Numbered from the stretch's first letter, positions 21,053 through 31,225 are shown. The stretch: 64,000 nucleotides of DNA from Aulosira sp. ZfuVER01 (GCA_034530615.2 JAVRCV020000071.1:64001-128000), one strand, 5' to 3'. Notes: generated by a model from the letters alone, not told the origin. Numbers and translations are program-made.

Positions 21053-22597
21053 ATGAGCATCACCGAAGATATTCTCTCCCAACTACCAGGCGATGTGATG
21101 GAAAGTCTACGTCGTAGCGATCGCATCTTAGCATCGCTGAGGGCAGATAAAGCAGCGATACCAACGGTAGTTAAAGAGAACGATCGAGTTTTAGACACCG
21201 TAGACTGGGATGTAATTATCTGCGGTGGAACTTTAGGGATTTTAATTGGTTGCGCTTTAGCTGTGCAGGGAATCAAGGTAGGGTTGATTGAGCGCGGAAT
21301 TCTCCGGGGGAGAGAGCAAGAGTGGAATATTTCTCGCAAAGAGTTAGAAGTGTTTGTGGAATTAAATCTGCTGACTCATGAAGAATTAGAGCAAGCGATC
21401 GCCACAGAATATAACCCAGCCAGAGTCAGCTTTCAAGGTGGTACAGAAGTTTGGGTAGAGGATGTTCTCAATATTGGTGTAGATCCTGTTTATCTATTAG
21501 CTACATTGAAAACACGATTTTTGGCTGCGGGGGGTGAGTTGTGGGAAAACACACCTTTGAGTGAAGCAGTAGTGCATCCCAATGGGGTGAAGGTAAACAA
21601 CAAACTCACAACTAAGTTATTAATCGATGCAATGGGACATATTTCTCCGATTGCTCAACAAGCACGTCTAGGACAAAAACCCGATGCGCTGTGTTTAGTT
21701 GTGGGAACTTGTGCAGAAGGTTTTCCGGAAAATCACTCTGGTGACTTGTTGTTATCATTTACATCCTTGCACAATCAATGCCAATACTTCTGGGAAGCTT
21801 TTCCAGCTAAGGATGGCAGAACCACCTACTTGTTTACCTACATGGATGCACACCCACAACGTTTAGGTTTAGAAGCTCTGTTTGAAGAATATCTGCGCCT
21901 TCTACCACAATATCAGGGTGTGGAATTGAGTCAGTTAAAGTTTCAACGGGCACTGTTTGGTTTTTTTCCCACTTATCGCCAAAGTCCCCTCAAAACCCCT
22001 TGGAATCGTATTTTGCCAGTGGGAGATAGTAGCGGTAGCCAATCACCTTTAAGTTTTGGTGGTTTTGGTGCTATGGTGCGTCACCTGAAGCGTTTAACCT
22101 TTGGTATTCAAGAAGCACTACAAACCGAGCAATTATCTATAAAAGCGCTGGCTTTGCTGCAACCTTATCAGCCGAGTTTAGCTGTTACTTGGTTGTTCCA
22201 AAAAGCGATGAGTGTTGGAGTGGATCAAAATATTCATCCAGATCAAATTAATCAACTGCTCTCAGTAGTGTTTCAGGAAATGCAAAAGCTGGGTACACCT
22301 GTGCTAAAGCCATTTTTGCAAGATATTGTGCAATTTTCAGCACTGACGCAAACACTATTGAAAACTGCTTTGGCAAATCCTGGATTAGTTGCCAAAATAA
22401 TTCCGCAAGTTGGTTTGATTAATTTATTGGATTGGGTAGTACATTACGGGAATTTAGGTGTTTATACTACCTTATTTTGGCTGAGTCCAATGCTAGAAAC
22501 ATTGATTAAGTACCTGCCAATTCAACAACAATATTATTGGCATCGCTTAGTTGATGGCTGGAAGTTTGGTTCTGGTAGTGATTATGCAGATGGTTAA
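21053..22597 (+). CDS. cruP: CruA/CruP-family FAD-dependent protein, CruP-sized
   Basis: DVIICGGTLG, EQEWNISR, QYFWEAFP, QSPLSFGGFG; 514 aa. Confidence 0.8.
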   Translation: MSITEDILSQLPGDVMESLRRSDRILASLRADKAAIPTVVKENDRVLDTVDWDVIICGGTLGILIGCALAVQGIKVGLIERGILRGREQEWNISRKELEVFVELNLLTHEELEQAIATEYNPARVSFQGGTEVWVEDVLNIGVDPVYLLATLKTRFLAAGGELWENTPLSEAVVHPNGVKVNNKLTTKLLIDAMGHISPIAQQARLGQKPDALCLVVGTCAEGFPENHSGDLLLSFTSLHNQCQYFWEAFPAKDGRTTYLFTYMDAHPQRLGLEALFEEYLRLLPQYQGVELSQLKFQRALFGFFPTYRQSPLKTPWNRILPVGDSSGSQSPLSFGGFGAMVRHLKRLTFGIQEALQTEQLSIKALALLQPYQPSLAVTWLFQKAMSVGVDQNIHPDQINQLLSVVFQEMQKLGTPVLKPFLQDIVQFSALTQTLLKTALANPGLVAKIIPQVGLINLLDWVVHYGNLGVYTTLFWLSPMLETLIKYLPIQQQYYWHRLVDGWKFGSGSDYADG

Positions 22598-22735
22598 TTT
22601 ATTAAGAAGAGTCAAGAGTCAGCTATTGGAGAATTTAATTGTCTCCATATTCAAGTTTTAGATTTTGGACTTTTGACACCACAAACTCAGGGGATTAAAT
22701 CCCATATCGATGAAAACAGTGTGTGAGGATTTAAG

Positions 22736-23440
22736 ATGATTGAACGACAATCTTCAGGAATAAAATACTTTACAGTACTAATTGGCTTACTGCGCGATCG
22801 CCAAGTTTTTTTAGAAGAAATTACTCAAAGTGTCAGATTACCAAGTAAAATCATTTCTCTTTTAGTTTGCAGTTCCCTATTTCTAGCTATCTATGGCGGA
22901 ATTATTGGCGCATACCATAGCTGGATGCAAGCTATATCTTCTGCGATTAAACTTCCAGCGCTCTATTTAATTACGTTGCTAATTTGTTTACCAACGTTAT
23001 ACTTCTCTAACATAATCTTTGGCTCAAAACGTAGCTTTGGACAGCATTTCGCATTGGTACTAACTGCGGTTTCAGTAACTAGTGTACTGCTATTTAGCTT
23101 TGCACCTATTACACTATTTTTCTTGATTACCACGAATAATTACCAATTTTTAATTCTGCTCAATGTTGTGATATTTTCTTTTACAGGATTTATCGGTATT
23201 TCTTCTTTATATCAAGCTACAAGTGTGGTATTAGAACAAGATAATGAAGGTAGCAGTACGCGCCGCAAAATTATACTATCTTGGCTATTTCTGTATGCTT
23301 TCGTAGGTAGCCAGTTAGGATGGACTCTCAGACCTTTTTTTGGAAATCCTGGTTCTGTATTTCAACTATTTAGAGATAGAGAAGGTAGTTTTTATCTGAG
23401 TGTTCTCCAAGCTATTGGCTATCTTTTAGGAATTCGATAA
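22736..23440 (+). CDS. Conserved ~5-TM membrane protein, paralog 1
   Basis: Hydrophobic segments; AIKLP, ICLPTL, QLGWTLRPFFG. Confidence 0.75.
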   Translation: MIERQSSGIKYFTVLIGLLRDRQVFLEEITQSVRLPSKIISLLVCSSLFLAIYGGIIGAYHSWMQAISSAIKLPALYLITLLICLPTLYFSNIIFGSKRSFGQHFALVLTAVSVTSVLLFSFAPITLFFLITTNNYQFLILLNVVIFSFTGFIGISSLYQATSVVLEQDNEGSSTRRKIILSWLFLYAFVGSQLGWTLRPFFGNPGSVFQLFRDREGSFYLSVLQAIGYLLGIR

Positions 23441-23503
23441 TCAGGTATTAGCTAATAGCTAGTTTTTTAATTCCACAATTCAGAATTTACCTATCACAAC
23501 ACT

Positions 23504-24211
23504 ATGCTTGAGAAGCCATCTTATAAAAATAAACAATTTGGAATTTTAATTAGTTTACTACGCGATCGCCAGGGTTTTTTAGAAGAAATTAGCCAAGGGA
23601 TAAGATTACAAAGTAAAATCAGCGCTTTGTTTGTTTCAAGTTCTATTTGTTTTGCTATATACGGTGCAATTATCGGTGCATCTCATAGTTGGGCACAGGC
23701 ATTATCTGGTGCGATCAAACTTCCTGCCTTTTATTTATTGACACTGATAATTTGTTTTCCCACTCTATTCTTTTTTAATGTTTTATTTGGTTCTCGGAGT
23801 AGTTTTCAACAGCATTTTGTTGTATTGCTAACAGCAGTATCAGTAATTAGCGTCCTTTTATTCAGCTTGGCACCAGTAACGCTATTTTTTATGATTACTG
23901 CTCCCAATTCTTACCAATTTTTTAAACTGCTAAATGTATTGATTTTTGGAATTACAGGAATATTTGGGATAAAATTCCTCTATGAAGGAATGCAGCTACT
24001 TTCTAAACAAGATGATGTTGGTAAGAACACGCGCACCACTATTTTAAGATCCTGGTTATTATTGTATGCTTTTGTGGGTGTGCAGTTAGGATGGTTTTTA
24101 CGTCCATTTTTTGGTGCGCCTGGCTCTAAATTTGAGCTATTTCGAGCAGTAAGTGGCAATTTTTATCTTGATATTGTCGCCGCAATGTCTGAGATTTTAG
24201 GTTTCCGTTAA
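23504..24211 (+). CDS. Conserved ~5-TM membrane protein, paralog 2
   Basis: Aligns along its full length with 22736-23440; QLGWFLRPFFG. Confidence 0.75.
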   Translation: MLEKPSYKNKQFGILISLLRDRQGFLEEISQGIRLQSKISALFVSSSICFAIYGAIIGASHSWAQALSGAIKLPAFYLLTLIICFPTLFFFNVLFGSRSSFQQHFVVLLTAVSVISVLLFSLAPVTLFFMITAPNSYQFFKLLNVLIFGITGIFGIKFLYEGMQLLSKQDDVGKNTRTTILRSWLLLYAFVGVQLGWFLRPFFGAPGSKFELFRAVSGNFYLDIVAAMSEILGFR

Positions 24212-24232
24212 TAAAAACCTAGATTTCATTAT

Positions 24233-24253
24233 ATGGTGGGTATTGCCCACCAT
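24233..24253. repeat. REP-like palindrome between convergent genes
   Basis: ATGGTGGG-TATTG-CCCACCAT; same core as 55133-55154. Confidence 0.65.
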
Positions 24254-24262
24254 TATTAGTAT

Positions 24263-26614
24263 TTATGATTTTTCAAGACGCGCGATCGCTGTTTGTAATT
24301 TCTGAACCTGCTTAGGTGCTTGGATTTCATCAAAGATGAAAATTGCTCGATTAAAAGTATCTCTACTAATTGTGACTTCACCCATTCTTTGATAAGTCAA
24401 TGCTAACTGATAATATGCTTTAGCAAGATTACATTTATCCGAAAGCGTAGTCATATTAACGATAGCATCTAAATGCTTATTTATTGCCACTATAAATTGT
24501 CCCTGTTCACGATGTAGGGAAGCGAGACAAGAGGTAGCTCTAGCTTTTAAAGAGGTGAACTGATTGATTTCACAATGGGCAATAGCTTGGTGGCAAATAT
24601 CAAATGCAGTTTCTATATAACCTAAATTTTTATAAGTTAAGCTAATGTACAACAAGCTAGTACCTCTTCCCCAAGAAGTTAATCTCTCACTTGTCATTCC
24701 TGCCTCAGCATCTCGCAACATAGCAACAGCATCTTCTATTAATCCTAAAGAAGAGTTTAAATAAGCTAAACAACACAGCGAATAAACAACATACTGGTAA
24801 TAATTTTCGTCTGCTTCACTGAGGTTTTTAACTAAATAAAAAATATTTTTCGCTTGTTCAAGTTCCCACAAATCTATATAACAAAGTCCTATATTAAAGT
24901 TACTCGAGATTTTTTCCGGAAAAATATTATATATTTGGGCAATTTGATTAGCTCGTTCGTGACAGTCAAGTGCTAATGCAATATTACCTATTTGATGATA
25001 GGCACGCCCTAGCATATTATAAAGTTTACTCAGATAATATTCAGAGTTTAAGTTGTCAATCAGGTGGGTAATTACAGAAATTAACGTTTCTAATAAACCA
25101 AACCTGTAAAACAATACACCCAAAGATATGCTATTATCCCATCTGTTAGCTCTATTACCTAAAATTACATTAGCTGCTTGTTCAAATTCTCCTATTTCTA
25201 CATAGTGATAATAAGCTTCTAAAGCCATTAAAGCATCTTGAGTAGCTTCAATTTTGCTCACAGTTGCTGTCCAGAATTCTGCTGCTTTTCTGTTGGCTAT
25301 TTGCCATTCACCACTGGCCCGTAAACGTGCGATCGCTTTTGTACAAATCACTGGATGCAGCCAGTATTTTCCTTTACGGAATTCTACCAATGAACGATCG
25401 CAAAGAGATTTGATGATTCGTCTGGATAGTGGTTCTGGAATATCCCAAAGTAAGCATTGTAGTCCTTTGATGTTGACATGAGTCACATTTTGATAACGAT
25501 AGCATCCTAAACGACACAGCAATCGATATGCCTCTGCATCCATTTTTGCCAAGCGATCGAACTGACTGTTAACTAAATGCTCTAACACGCCTTCAACTAA
25601 CAAATCATTTTTATTTTCTCGCCAATAGATATCTGCATTTCTGTCAAAATCTCTAATAATTGCACCACTGATAATTTCCATTGCCTTGGCATTACCACCA
25701 AAGGCTTGGCACATTTCACTAAGTGCATTTGTCTGGGAATTAATTTGGCGACGTGCAAAAAATTCTCTCCAGGCGGATTCATCTAAACCTTCTAGGGAAT
25801 AGAAGTTGACATTAAACCCAGACTCATAAAGACGTTCGCGGCTAGCGATCAAAGTAACTGAATGAATTGTGGAATCTGCTAGAACTCTTAACAATTCTAC
25901 ATAAGAACGATGAGAGTTAATTATCTGACCATTTCTATCTAAAGCAGATTCTAAACCATCAATTAATACCCCAATCTTTCTAAATCCGTTTCGCAACTTC
26001 CGCCGTAATCGATCCAAATTAATGCCAAACTCTCTTCCTGGTTCTTCATGAAAGTCTTTTCTGAGCCATTCCTCAACTACACTTTCCGCAGAGACAATGT
26101 TTTGGCTTTCTTGAGCCATCCATAGTTCTAGGAAGGAGAAACCCTGAGTTTTCAAATACTTACGCGCTAAAGTTGTTTTACCAACACCGCCTTCGCCTTG
26201 AATAAAAATGATTTTCGTTCCCTGGCTGACGAGGTTTTGCAACTCTGCTATTTCGCGATCGCGTCCGACGAAGTTAGAATCTAAATCTTGTAGCTTTGCA
26301 TGATTAAATCCTAAATAGGATCTTTGACAACTATTCTGTCCCTGTTGACTTGTGCAAAACTCCTGAACTACTCTGGAGAAGTTTGATTTAGAAACTTTTT
26401 CCCCCAGCACATTCGATAGTAGATGCCACAACTGAGCGCCAACTGCTTTTAAATGTGCCTCAGTGTAACCACGACTCACTGCAATATCGTGGTAAGTTCG
26501 CTTTTCATCCTCCCACAAATGACGCAAAATAATCCTTTGAGCCTTATGTAAGTGTTCTCCTGTGCTGATAAAAACCAAATTATCTACAAACTCTAAGGCT
26601 TCTTCTGCACCCAT
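24263..26614 (-). CDS. STAND (NB-ARC-like) NTPase with N-terminal HTH-like domain and C-terminal TPRs
   Basis: TYHDIA..GYTEAHLKAVGAQLWHLLS..LGEKVSKSNF; FVGRDREI; Walker A GEGGVGKT; Walker B VLIDGLE; GGNAKA; LHPVI; TPRs. Confidence 0.88.
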   Translation of the reverse strand: MGAEEALEFVDNLVFISTGEHLHKAQRIILRHLWEDEKRTYHDIAVSRGYTEAHLKAVGAQLWHLLSNVLGEKVSKSNFSRVVQEFCTSQQGQNSCQRSYLGFNHAKLQDLDSNFVGRDREIAELQNLVSQGTKIIFIQGEGGVGKTTLARKYLKTQGFSFLELWMAQESQNIVSAESVVEEWLRKDFHEEPGREFGINLDRLRRKLRNGFRKIGVLIDGLESALDRNGQIINSHRSYVELLRVLADSTIHSVTLIASRERLYESGFNVNFYSLEGLDESAWREFFARRQINSQTNALSEMCQAFGGNAKAMEIISGAIIRDFDRNADIYWRENKNDLLVEGVLEHLVNSQFDRLAKMDAEAYRLLCRLGCYRYQNVTHVNIKGLQCLLWDIPEPLSRRIIKSLCDRSLVEFRKGKYWLHPVICTKAIARLRASGEWQIANRKAAEFWTATVSKIEATQDALMALEAYYHYVEIGEFEQAANVILGNRANRWDNSISLGVLFYRFGLLETLISVITHLIDNLNSEYYLSKLYNMLGRAYHQIGNIALALDCHERANQIAQIYNIFPEKISSNFNIGLCYIDLWELEQAKNIFYLVKNLSEADENYYQYVVYSLCCLAYLNSSLGLIEDAVAMLRDAEAGMTSERLTSWGRGTSLLYISLTYKNLGYIETAFDICHQAIAHCEINQFTSLKARATSCLASLHREQGQFIVAINKHLDAIVNMTTLSDKCNLAKAYYQLALTYQRMGEVTISRDTFNRAIFIFDEIQAPKQVQKLQTAIARLEKS

Positions 26615-26987
26615 CGGCTGAGATTGAGTAGTATTTGTACTTAATTATAACTATAAGTTTTTATTACTTCTGACTTACCATACTACAAAATACTTTTTCC
26701 TACTCGGTAGGAAACCTACTTTATCCAACTGTCACTAAGTTTTAAATGTATTACTTTTGTAATTAAGACAGAAAAAGTTAAGTTAAGCGCTCAGAAAACT
26801 TGGTTGAGGAGAAATTTTACTAGTGCTACTACTGCAAGTTTAGTATGTCGCATAGATGACTTTTTATCTATCACAATAACTCGTGCAAGTGATGTCTACT
26901 CAGCAGGCAGTAGGTATTGGCTAACTAGATTCTGTAGAGCGTGTTTGTCATAAGTGTGTAAATCCCCACCCTACAGGAGGTTCAATA

Positions 26988-27257
26988 ATGTTGGGTAAAG
27001 ATTGTCGTCATGATTGTAATCCAAGTTCCTGCCCTTTTGCTCAGGATACCCGTAATCCCGATCGATACGTTTGCTTGAAATGCGGTGTTGAAAGAGACAT
27101 TAATCAGTATTCCTCTGGTATGAGGTTTTTCTGGCTACTGATTTTAGGTTTATTCATCGCATTCCAACTATTAGCCAATGGTGAAAAGCCAAACGAGCCA
27201 CAAAAAAAGCAAGACTATGGTAGAAATTTACTCCATCAAGTAATTGGCTACCAGTAA
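26988..27257 (+). CDS. Small Cys-rich protein with one TM helix
   Basis: AGGAGG RBS; C-x3-C-x4-C and CLKC, then a hydrophobic helix. Confidence 0.7.
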   Translation: MLGKDCRHDCNPSSCPFAQDTRNPDRYVCLKCGVERDINQYSSGMRFFWLLILGLFIAFQLLANGEKPNEPQKKQDYGRNLLHQVIGYQ

Positions 27258-27304
27258 TAGGGTGTGAACTTTTTCAAATTCATCATCATGGACAAGTAAA
27301 GAAT

Positions 27305-27532
27305 ATGGCTGCAAATCAATACTCTCCTCTATTACGCCTGGCTTATAAGTTTCTCAAGTACTTTTCATGGCTACTGTTTGGCTTGGCGATCGCTTTCATG
27401 ATCTCATGGGGTTTGCGTGTGTTTTACATTATCCCCATACTGATGTATTTACTCAAAAACTTCTTTGTGCCTTTGGGATTTATCCTGTTGTGTTTAATTA
27501 CAATAGCGATAATTCTTGAGTCTTGGCGTTAG
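27305..27532 (+). CDS. Small membrane protein (2-3 hydrophobic segments)
   Basis: 75 aa, highly hydrophobic, co-oriented with the previous ORF. Confidence 0.6.
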   Translation: MAANQYSPLLRLAYKFLKYFSWLLFGLAIAFMISWGLRVFYIIPILMYLLKNFFVPLGFILLCLITIAIILESWR

Positions 27533-27557
27533 ATAAAGTGCAGAGTGGCAGAAGGAA

Positions 27558-28514
27558 TTAAACATTTTCCCTATCTCCCACTCTGATTTTTTCATCTAAA
27601 AACTTTAGCTGCTGATATATACAGTTAATCTGCGATAAATTCACACCTGCTGCTTGCGCTTTGCGTAACGGATTGCCAAAAATGGCTTCTACTTCTAGAG
27701 GACGGCGTTCGTCGTAGTCAATTTTCATACTAGTACGGTACGGCTTCATCTTCACTGTGTAATCGAGCATCATTTGAATGAAGCTATCAGGAATGATGCG
27801 ATCGCAACTTTTAGCCCCTGCTGCAACTTCATACATCAACTGTTCAGCTAATTTGCGAGTATGTTCATACGCCATTAATTCATCTGTTCTGGCGTTGAGA
27901 ATCACAGACAGTCCATTATAGGGAATATTCCACACCAATTTTTTCCATCGCCCTAGCAATAAGTCTTCAGTTAATTCCATCGAGATACCAGCATTAGTAA
28001 AGTCATCGGCAATTTGCCGCATCTTATCTGTAATCCCAGTAGCTTTATAGCCAGCCGCATATTCCCCTAGGGTAATTTGTCCATAGTCGAGGTGGCGGAT
28101 ATGTCCTTGTGCGATTTTATTAGAACAGAGAAAACACAACCCACCAATAATGCTGACATTGCTAACTATGGTTGCAACTTCTTCTTCCACCGCCATTCCA
28201 TTTTGCAATACCAAGACTACGCCATTATCTTTGACGATGGGTGGTAACATCTGCGGTAATAAATAATTTTGTGTCGTCTTCAGTGCCACCACTACTACAT
28301 CGCATTGTGGCATTTTTTCTACGTCATTGTAGGCGTTGACTTGGCTCAGGACGAAATCACCATCTTTTGACTCCACCACCAAACCAGATTTACGGACATA
28401 TTCATAATCACTCCTCAGCAAAAAGTGGACATCTAAACCAGCTTTTTGCAGTTTGGCACCATAAAAGCCACCTAATGCACCAGTTCCTAGAATGGCGTAA
28501 CTACGCTCGGACAT
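27558..28514 (-). CDS. panE: 2-dehydropantoate 2-reductase family
   Basis: GTGALGGFYG, LQNG, WKKLVWN, TSMKID, LEVEAI. Confidence 0.88.
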   Translation of the reverse strand: MSERSYAILGTGALGGFYGAKLQKAGLDVHFLLRSDYEYVRKSGLVVESKDGDFVLSQVNAYNDVEKMPQCDVVVVALKTTQNYLLPQMLPPIVKDNGVVLVLQNGMAVEEEVATIVSNVSIIGGLCFLCSNKIAQGHIRHLDYGQITLGEYAAGYKATGITDKMRQIADDFTNAGISMELTEDLLLGRWKKLVWNIPYNGLSVILNARTDELMAYEHTRKLAEQLMYEVAAGAKSCDRIIPDSFIQMMLDYTVKMKPYRTSMKIDYDERRPLEVEAIFGNPLRKAQAAGVNLSQINCIYQQLKFLDEKIRVGDRENV

Positions 28515-28660
28515 TTTGCTAACACAGAGATTTTTCTATGAAGATCATAAAGCGAATACGCTGTATACTTACAGCCCTATTTCAAGCTAAATTTATTTAA
28601 CAAAACTTAAGAATGGTTTATTATCCTTTAAGTTGTGATACACAGATTTAGGTGAAATAC

Positions 28661-29062
28661 ATGGCTGATATTGTTGATATTGCAGTTAGTGCTGACTCTT
28701 TTAAAACTTTAGTAACAGCCGTTCAAGCTGCTGGTTTAGTCGAGACATTAAAAAGTCCTGGGCCGTTTACTGTCTTTGCACCAAATGATGATGCCTTTGC
28801 TAAGTTACCACCAGGAACTATACAAACACTGGTGCAAAATATTCCCCAACTAACGCGCATTTTAAAATATCATGTTGTGCCAGGAAAGCTTTTCCAGGCT
28901 GATTTGGCGAAACTCGGTACAGTTACTTCTGTGGAAGGTTCGCCTATTAAAATTGATTGCTCTGATGGTTTTGAAGTGAAAAATGCCACAGTTTTAGCCG
29001 CAGATATCGAAGCAGATAACGGTGTGATTCATGTTATCGATACAGTGATTTTAATGGGTTAA
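28661..29062 (+). CDS. Fasciclin (FAS1) domain protein
   Basis: [32 protein letters not shown] 28661. Confidence 0.93.
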   Translation: MADIVDIAVSADSFKTLVTAVQAAGLVETLKSPGPFTVFAPNDDAFAKLPPGTIQTLVQNIPQLTRILKYHVVPGKLFQADLAKLGTVTSVEGSPIKIDCSDGFEVKNATVLAADIEADNGVIHVIDTVILMG

Positions 29063-29064
29063 TT

Positions 29065-29095
29065 TGATGATGGTGGGGAATACCCACCATCATCA
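29065..29095. terminator. Perfect 13-bp hairpin directly after the fasciclin gene
   Basis: TGATGATGGTGGG-GAATA-CCCACCATCATCA. Confidence 0.6.
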
Positions 29096-29239
29096 CTATT
29101 AACAATTTTCAATTGTATAAATTAGTTTAAATTATGTTACATAGTTAAGTTTTGCACTTCAACCAGGTGCTAAGTTAGCTCAACTATTTATAAATATATT
29201 AAATTTAGTAGTATATGCGAAAATTATCCCAACACATTG

Positions 29240-29575
29240 ATGCTCGATTTCCACACATTAGCTGAGTTCTCCCGCACCAACTGCGTGAGTATTTGTACAT
29301 TTCTTGTACCAGCGAACTTACTTGCCACACTACTGACAATTATCCTGACGGTATTAAATCGCCCATCACATAAAGTCTGGCAAGCTGCTGGATTTGCCAC
29401 TATTTTTGCTTTAGTCATGGTAATGCACGTATATAGTTGGTTTGTCGTTGGCGTGGTGATGCTGCCAACTTATATCTTGCTATCGCTAGCAATTACTTGC
29501 TTGTTAACTAATTTGGGAGCGATTCTTTGGCAAAGGCGCTTTGCTCATACCCCCAGCCTCTCCAACAACGCATAA
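29240..29575 (+). CDS. Hypothetical membrane protein
   Basis: Three hydrophobic segments; FSRTNCVSICTFLVPANL. Confidence 0.7.
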   Translation: MLDFHTLAEFSRTNCVSICTFLVPANLLATLLTIILTVLNRPSHKVWQAAGFATIFALVMVMHVYSWFVVGVVMLPTYILLSLAITCLLTNLGAILWQRRFAHTPSLSNNA

Positions 29576-29731
29576 TGTAATAGCTTGCAAGAAAATCCCT
29601 CACTTCTCAAACTTCCAGAGAACTGAAGAAAGCGATCGCTGATGATTTCATCTGTAGAATTAACCTGCGATCGCTAGTCATTAGTCATTAGTATGTAAAC
29701 AAATGATTAATGGCTAAGGAAAAATGATTAT

Positions 29732-30985
29732 ATGATTAAAATCCTCCATCTTTCAGATATCCACATGGGTAGCGGTTTCTCCCACGGACGCATCAATCCG
29801 GCGACTGGATTAAACACACGATTGGAGGATTTTGTCAAAACATTATCTCTATGTATTGACCGCGCGATCGCAGATGAGGTGGATTTGGTGATATTTGGTG
29901 GTGATGCTTTTCCCGATGCTACGCCACCGCCTTATGTGCAAGAAGCTTTTGCTAGTCAATTTCGCCGTCTTGTAGATGGTAATATCCCGACAGTACTGCT
30001 GGTAGGCAATCACGACCAACATTCCCAAGGGTTAGGAGGTGCGAGTTTATGTATTTACCGCACGTTAGGGGTGCGGGGGTTTGTTGTCGGGGATACGGTA
30101 ACTACCCACCGCATCCAAACTCGCAATGGTAAAGTTCAAGTAATTACCCTCCCTTGGCTAACCCGTTCAACCTTGATGACTCGCCAAGAAACTGAAAGTT
30201 TGTCGCTAGCAGAAGTTAACCAACTGTTAACTGAACGTCTGCAAGTTGTTTTAGAATCAGAAATTCGTCGTCTTGACCCCGATGTCCCAACTGTACTTTT
30301 GGCTCACTTGATGGCTGACAATGCAGCTTTGGGAGCCGAACGCTTTTTAGCAGTAGGTAAAGGCTTTACTCTACCTCTATCTTTACTAACACGTCCCTGT
30401 TTTGATTATGTCGCTTTGGGACACGTCCACCGCCACCAAAACCTGAATAAATCCAACGATCCACCAGTGATTTATCCAGGAAGCATTGAGCGAGTGGATT
30501 TTAGCGAAGAAAAGGAAGACAAAGGTTATGTAACAATCGAACTGGAGAAGGGTAAAGCTAATTGGGAGTTCTGTCCTTTACCCGTGCGGATATTCCGGAC
30601 AATTGAGGTAGATTTATCAAAAGCAGAAGATCCCCAAGCAGCATTAATTAAAGCGATCGCTAAACACGATCTTCAAGATGCTGTAGTCCGGTTAATCTAT
30701 AAACTGCGATCGGAACAGTTAGATTTAATTGATAATTCTTCGCTACATACTGCTTTAAGTGCTGCTCACACCTACACCATTCAACCAGAATTGCTGAGTC
30801 AGTTAGCTAGACCTCGCATTCCTGAACTGAGTGCGAGTAGTAGCATTGATCCAATGGAAGCCTTAAAAACTTACTTAAGTAATCGCGAAGATCTCAAAGA
30901 TATTGCCAGCTCGATGCTAGAAGCTGCACACAAACTACTAGCAGACGATGTAGAAGTCTGGTTAGAAGGAGCAACTCATGAGTAG
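29732..30985 (+). CDS. sbcD: SbcD/Mre11-family nuclease subunit
   Basis: LSDIHMG, GDAF, GNHD, YVALGHVH, YPGS. Confidence 0.93.
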   Translation: MIKILHLSDIHMGSGFSHGRINPATGLNTRLEDFVKTLSLCIDRAIADEVDLVIFGGDAFPDATPPPYVQEAFASQFRRLVDGNIPTVLLVGNHDQHSQGLGGASLCIYRTLGVRGFVVGDTVTTHRIQTRNGKVQVITLPWLTRSTLMTRQETESLSLAEVNQLLTERLQVVLESEIRRLDPDVPTVLLAHLMADNAALGAERFLAVGKGFTLPLSLLTRPCFDYVALGHVHRHQNLNKSNDPPVIYPGSIERVDFSEEKEDKGYVTIELEKGKANWEFCPLPVRIFRTIEVDLSKAEDPQAALIKAIAKHDLQDAVVRLIYKLRSEQLDLIDNSSLHTALSAAHTYTIQPELLSQLARPRIPELSASSSIDPMEALKTYLSNREDLKDIASSMLEAAHKLLADDVEVWLEGATHE

Positions 30986-31051
30986 GAAAATTTAAAGTCA
31001 AAGTGTTAGGAATCTGCCAAAATTGCTATATTCCTTGCTCAGTATTTTAGT

Positions 31052-31173
31052 AGTCCTCTTGCAAAAGGTACTTTTGTCAAAGATGGGGATAGGGTAAAGG
31101 TTAAAAAGAAAAGTAAAATTCTTTCTCTTTCACCCTTCCCGCTTCTTGTTGAACCAACTTCTGCAAGAAGTTT
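31052..31173. mobile_element. Degenerate MITE-like element upstream of the permease
   Basis: Imperfect TIRs AGTCCTCTTGCAAAAG / CTTCTGCAAGAAGTTT (12/16). Confidence 0.45.
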
Positions 31174-31225
31174 CAGGATGTATTCAATTGAGCGGGAGTA
31201 CAAACCTTTTTCAGGTGGACTTAGT

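Noticed and set aside
28590..28615. RpaB/HLR1-like direct repeat upstream of the fasciclin gene
   Set aside because: Too many mismatches in AT-rich DNA to support.
29732..30985. sbcD without adjacent sbcC as a possible defence nuclease
   Set aside because: Housekeeping context with HIP1 sites; unlinked sbcC and sbcD is not unusual in cyanobacteria.
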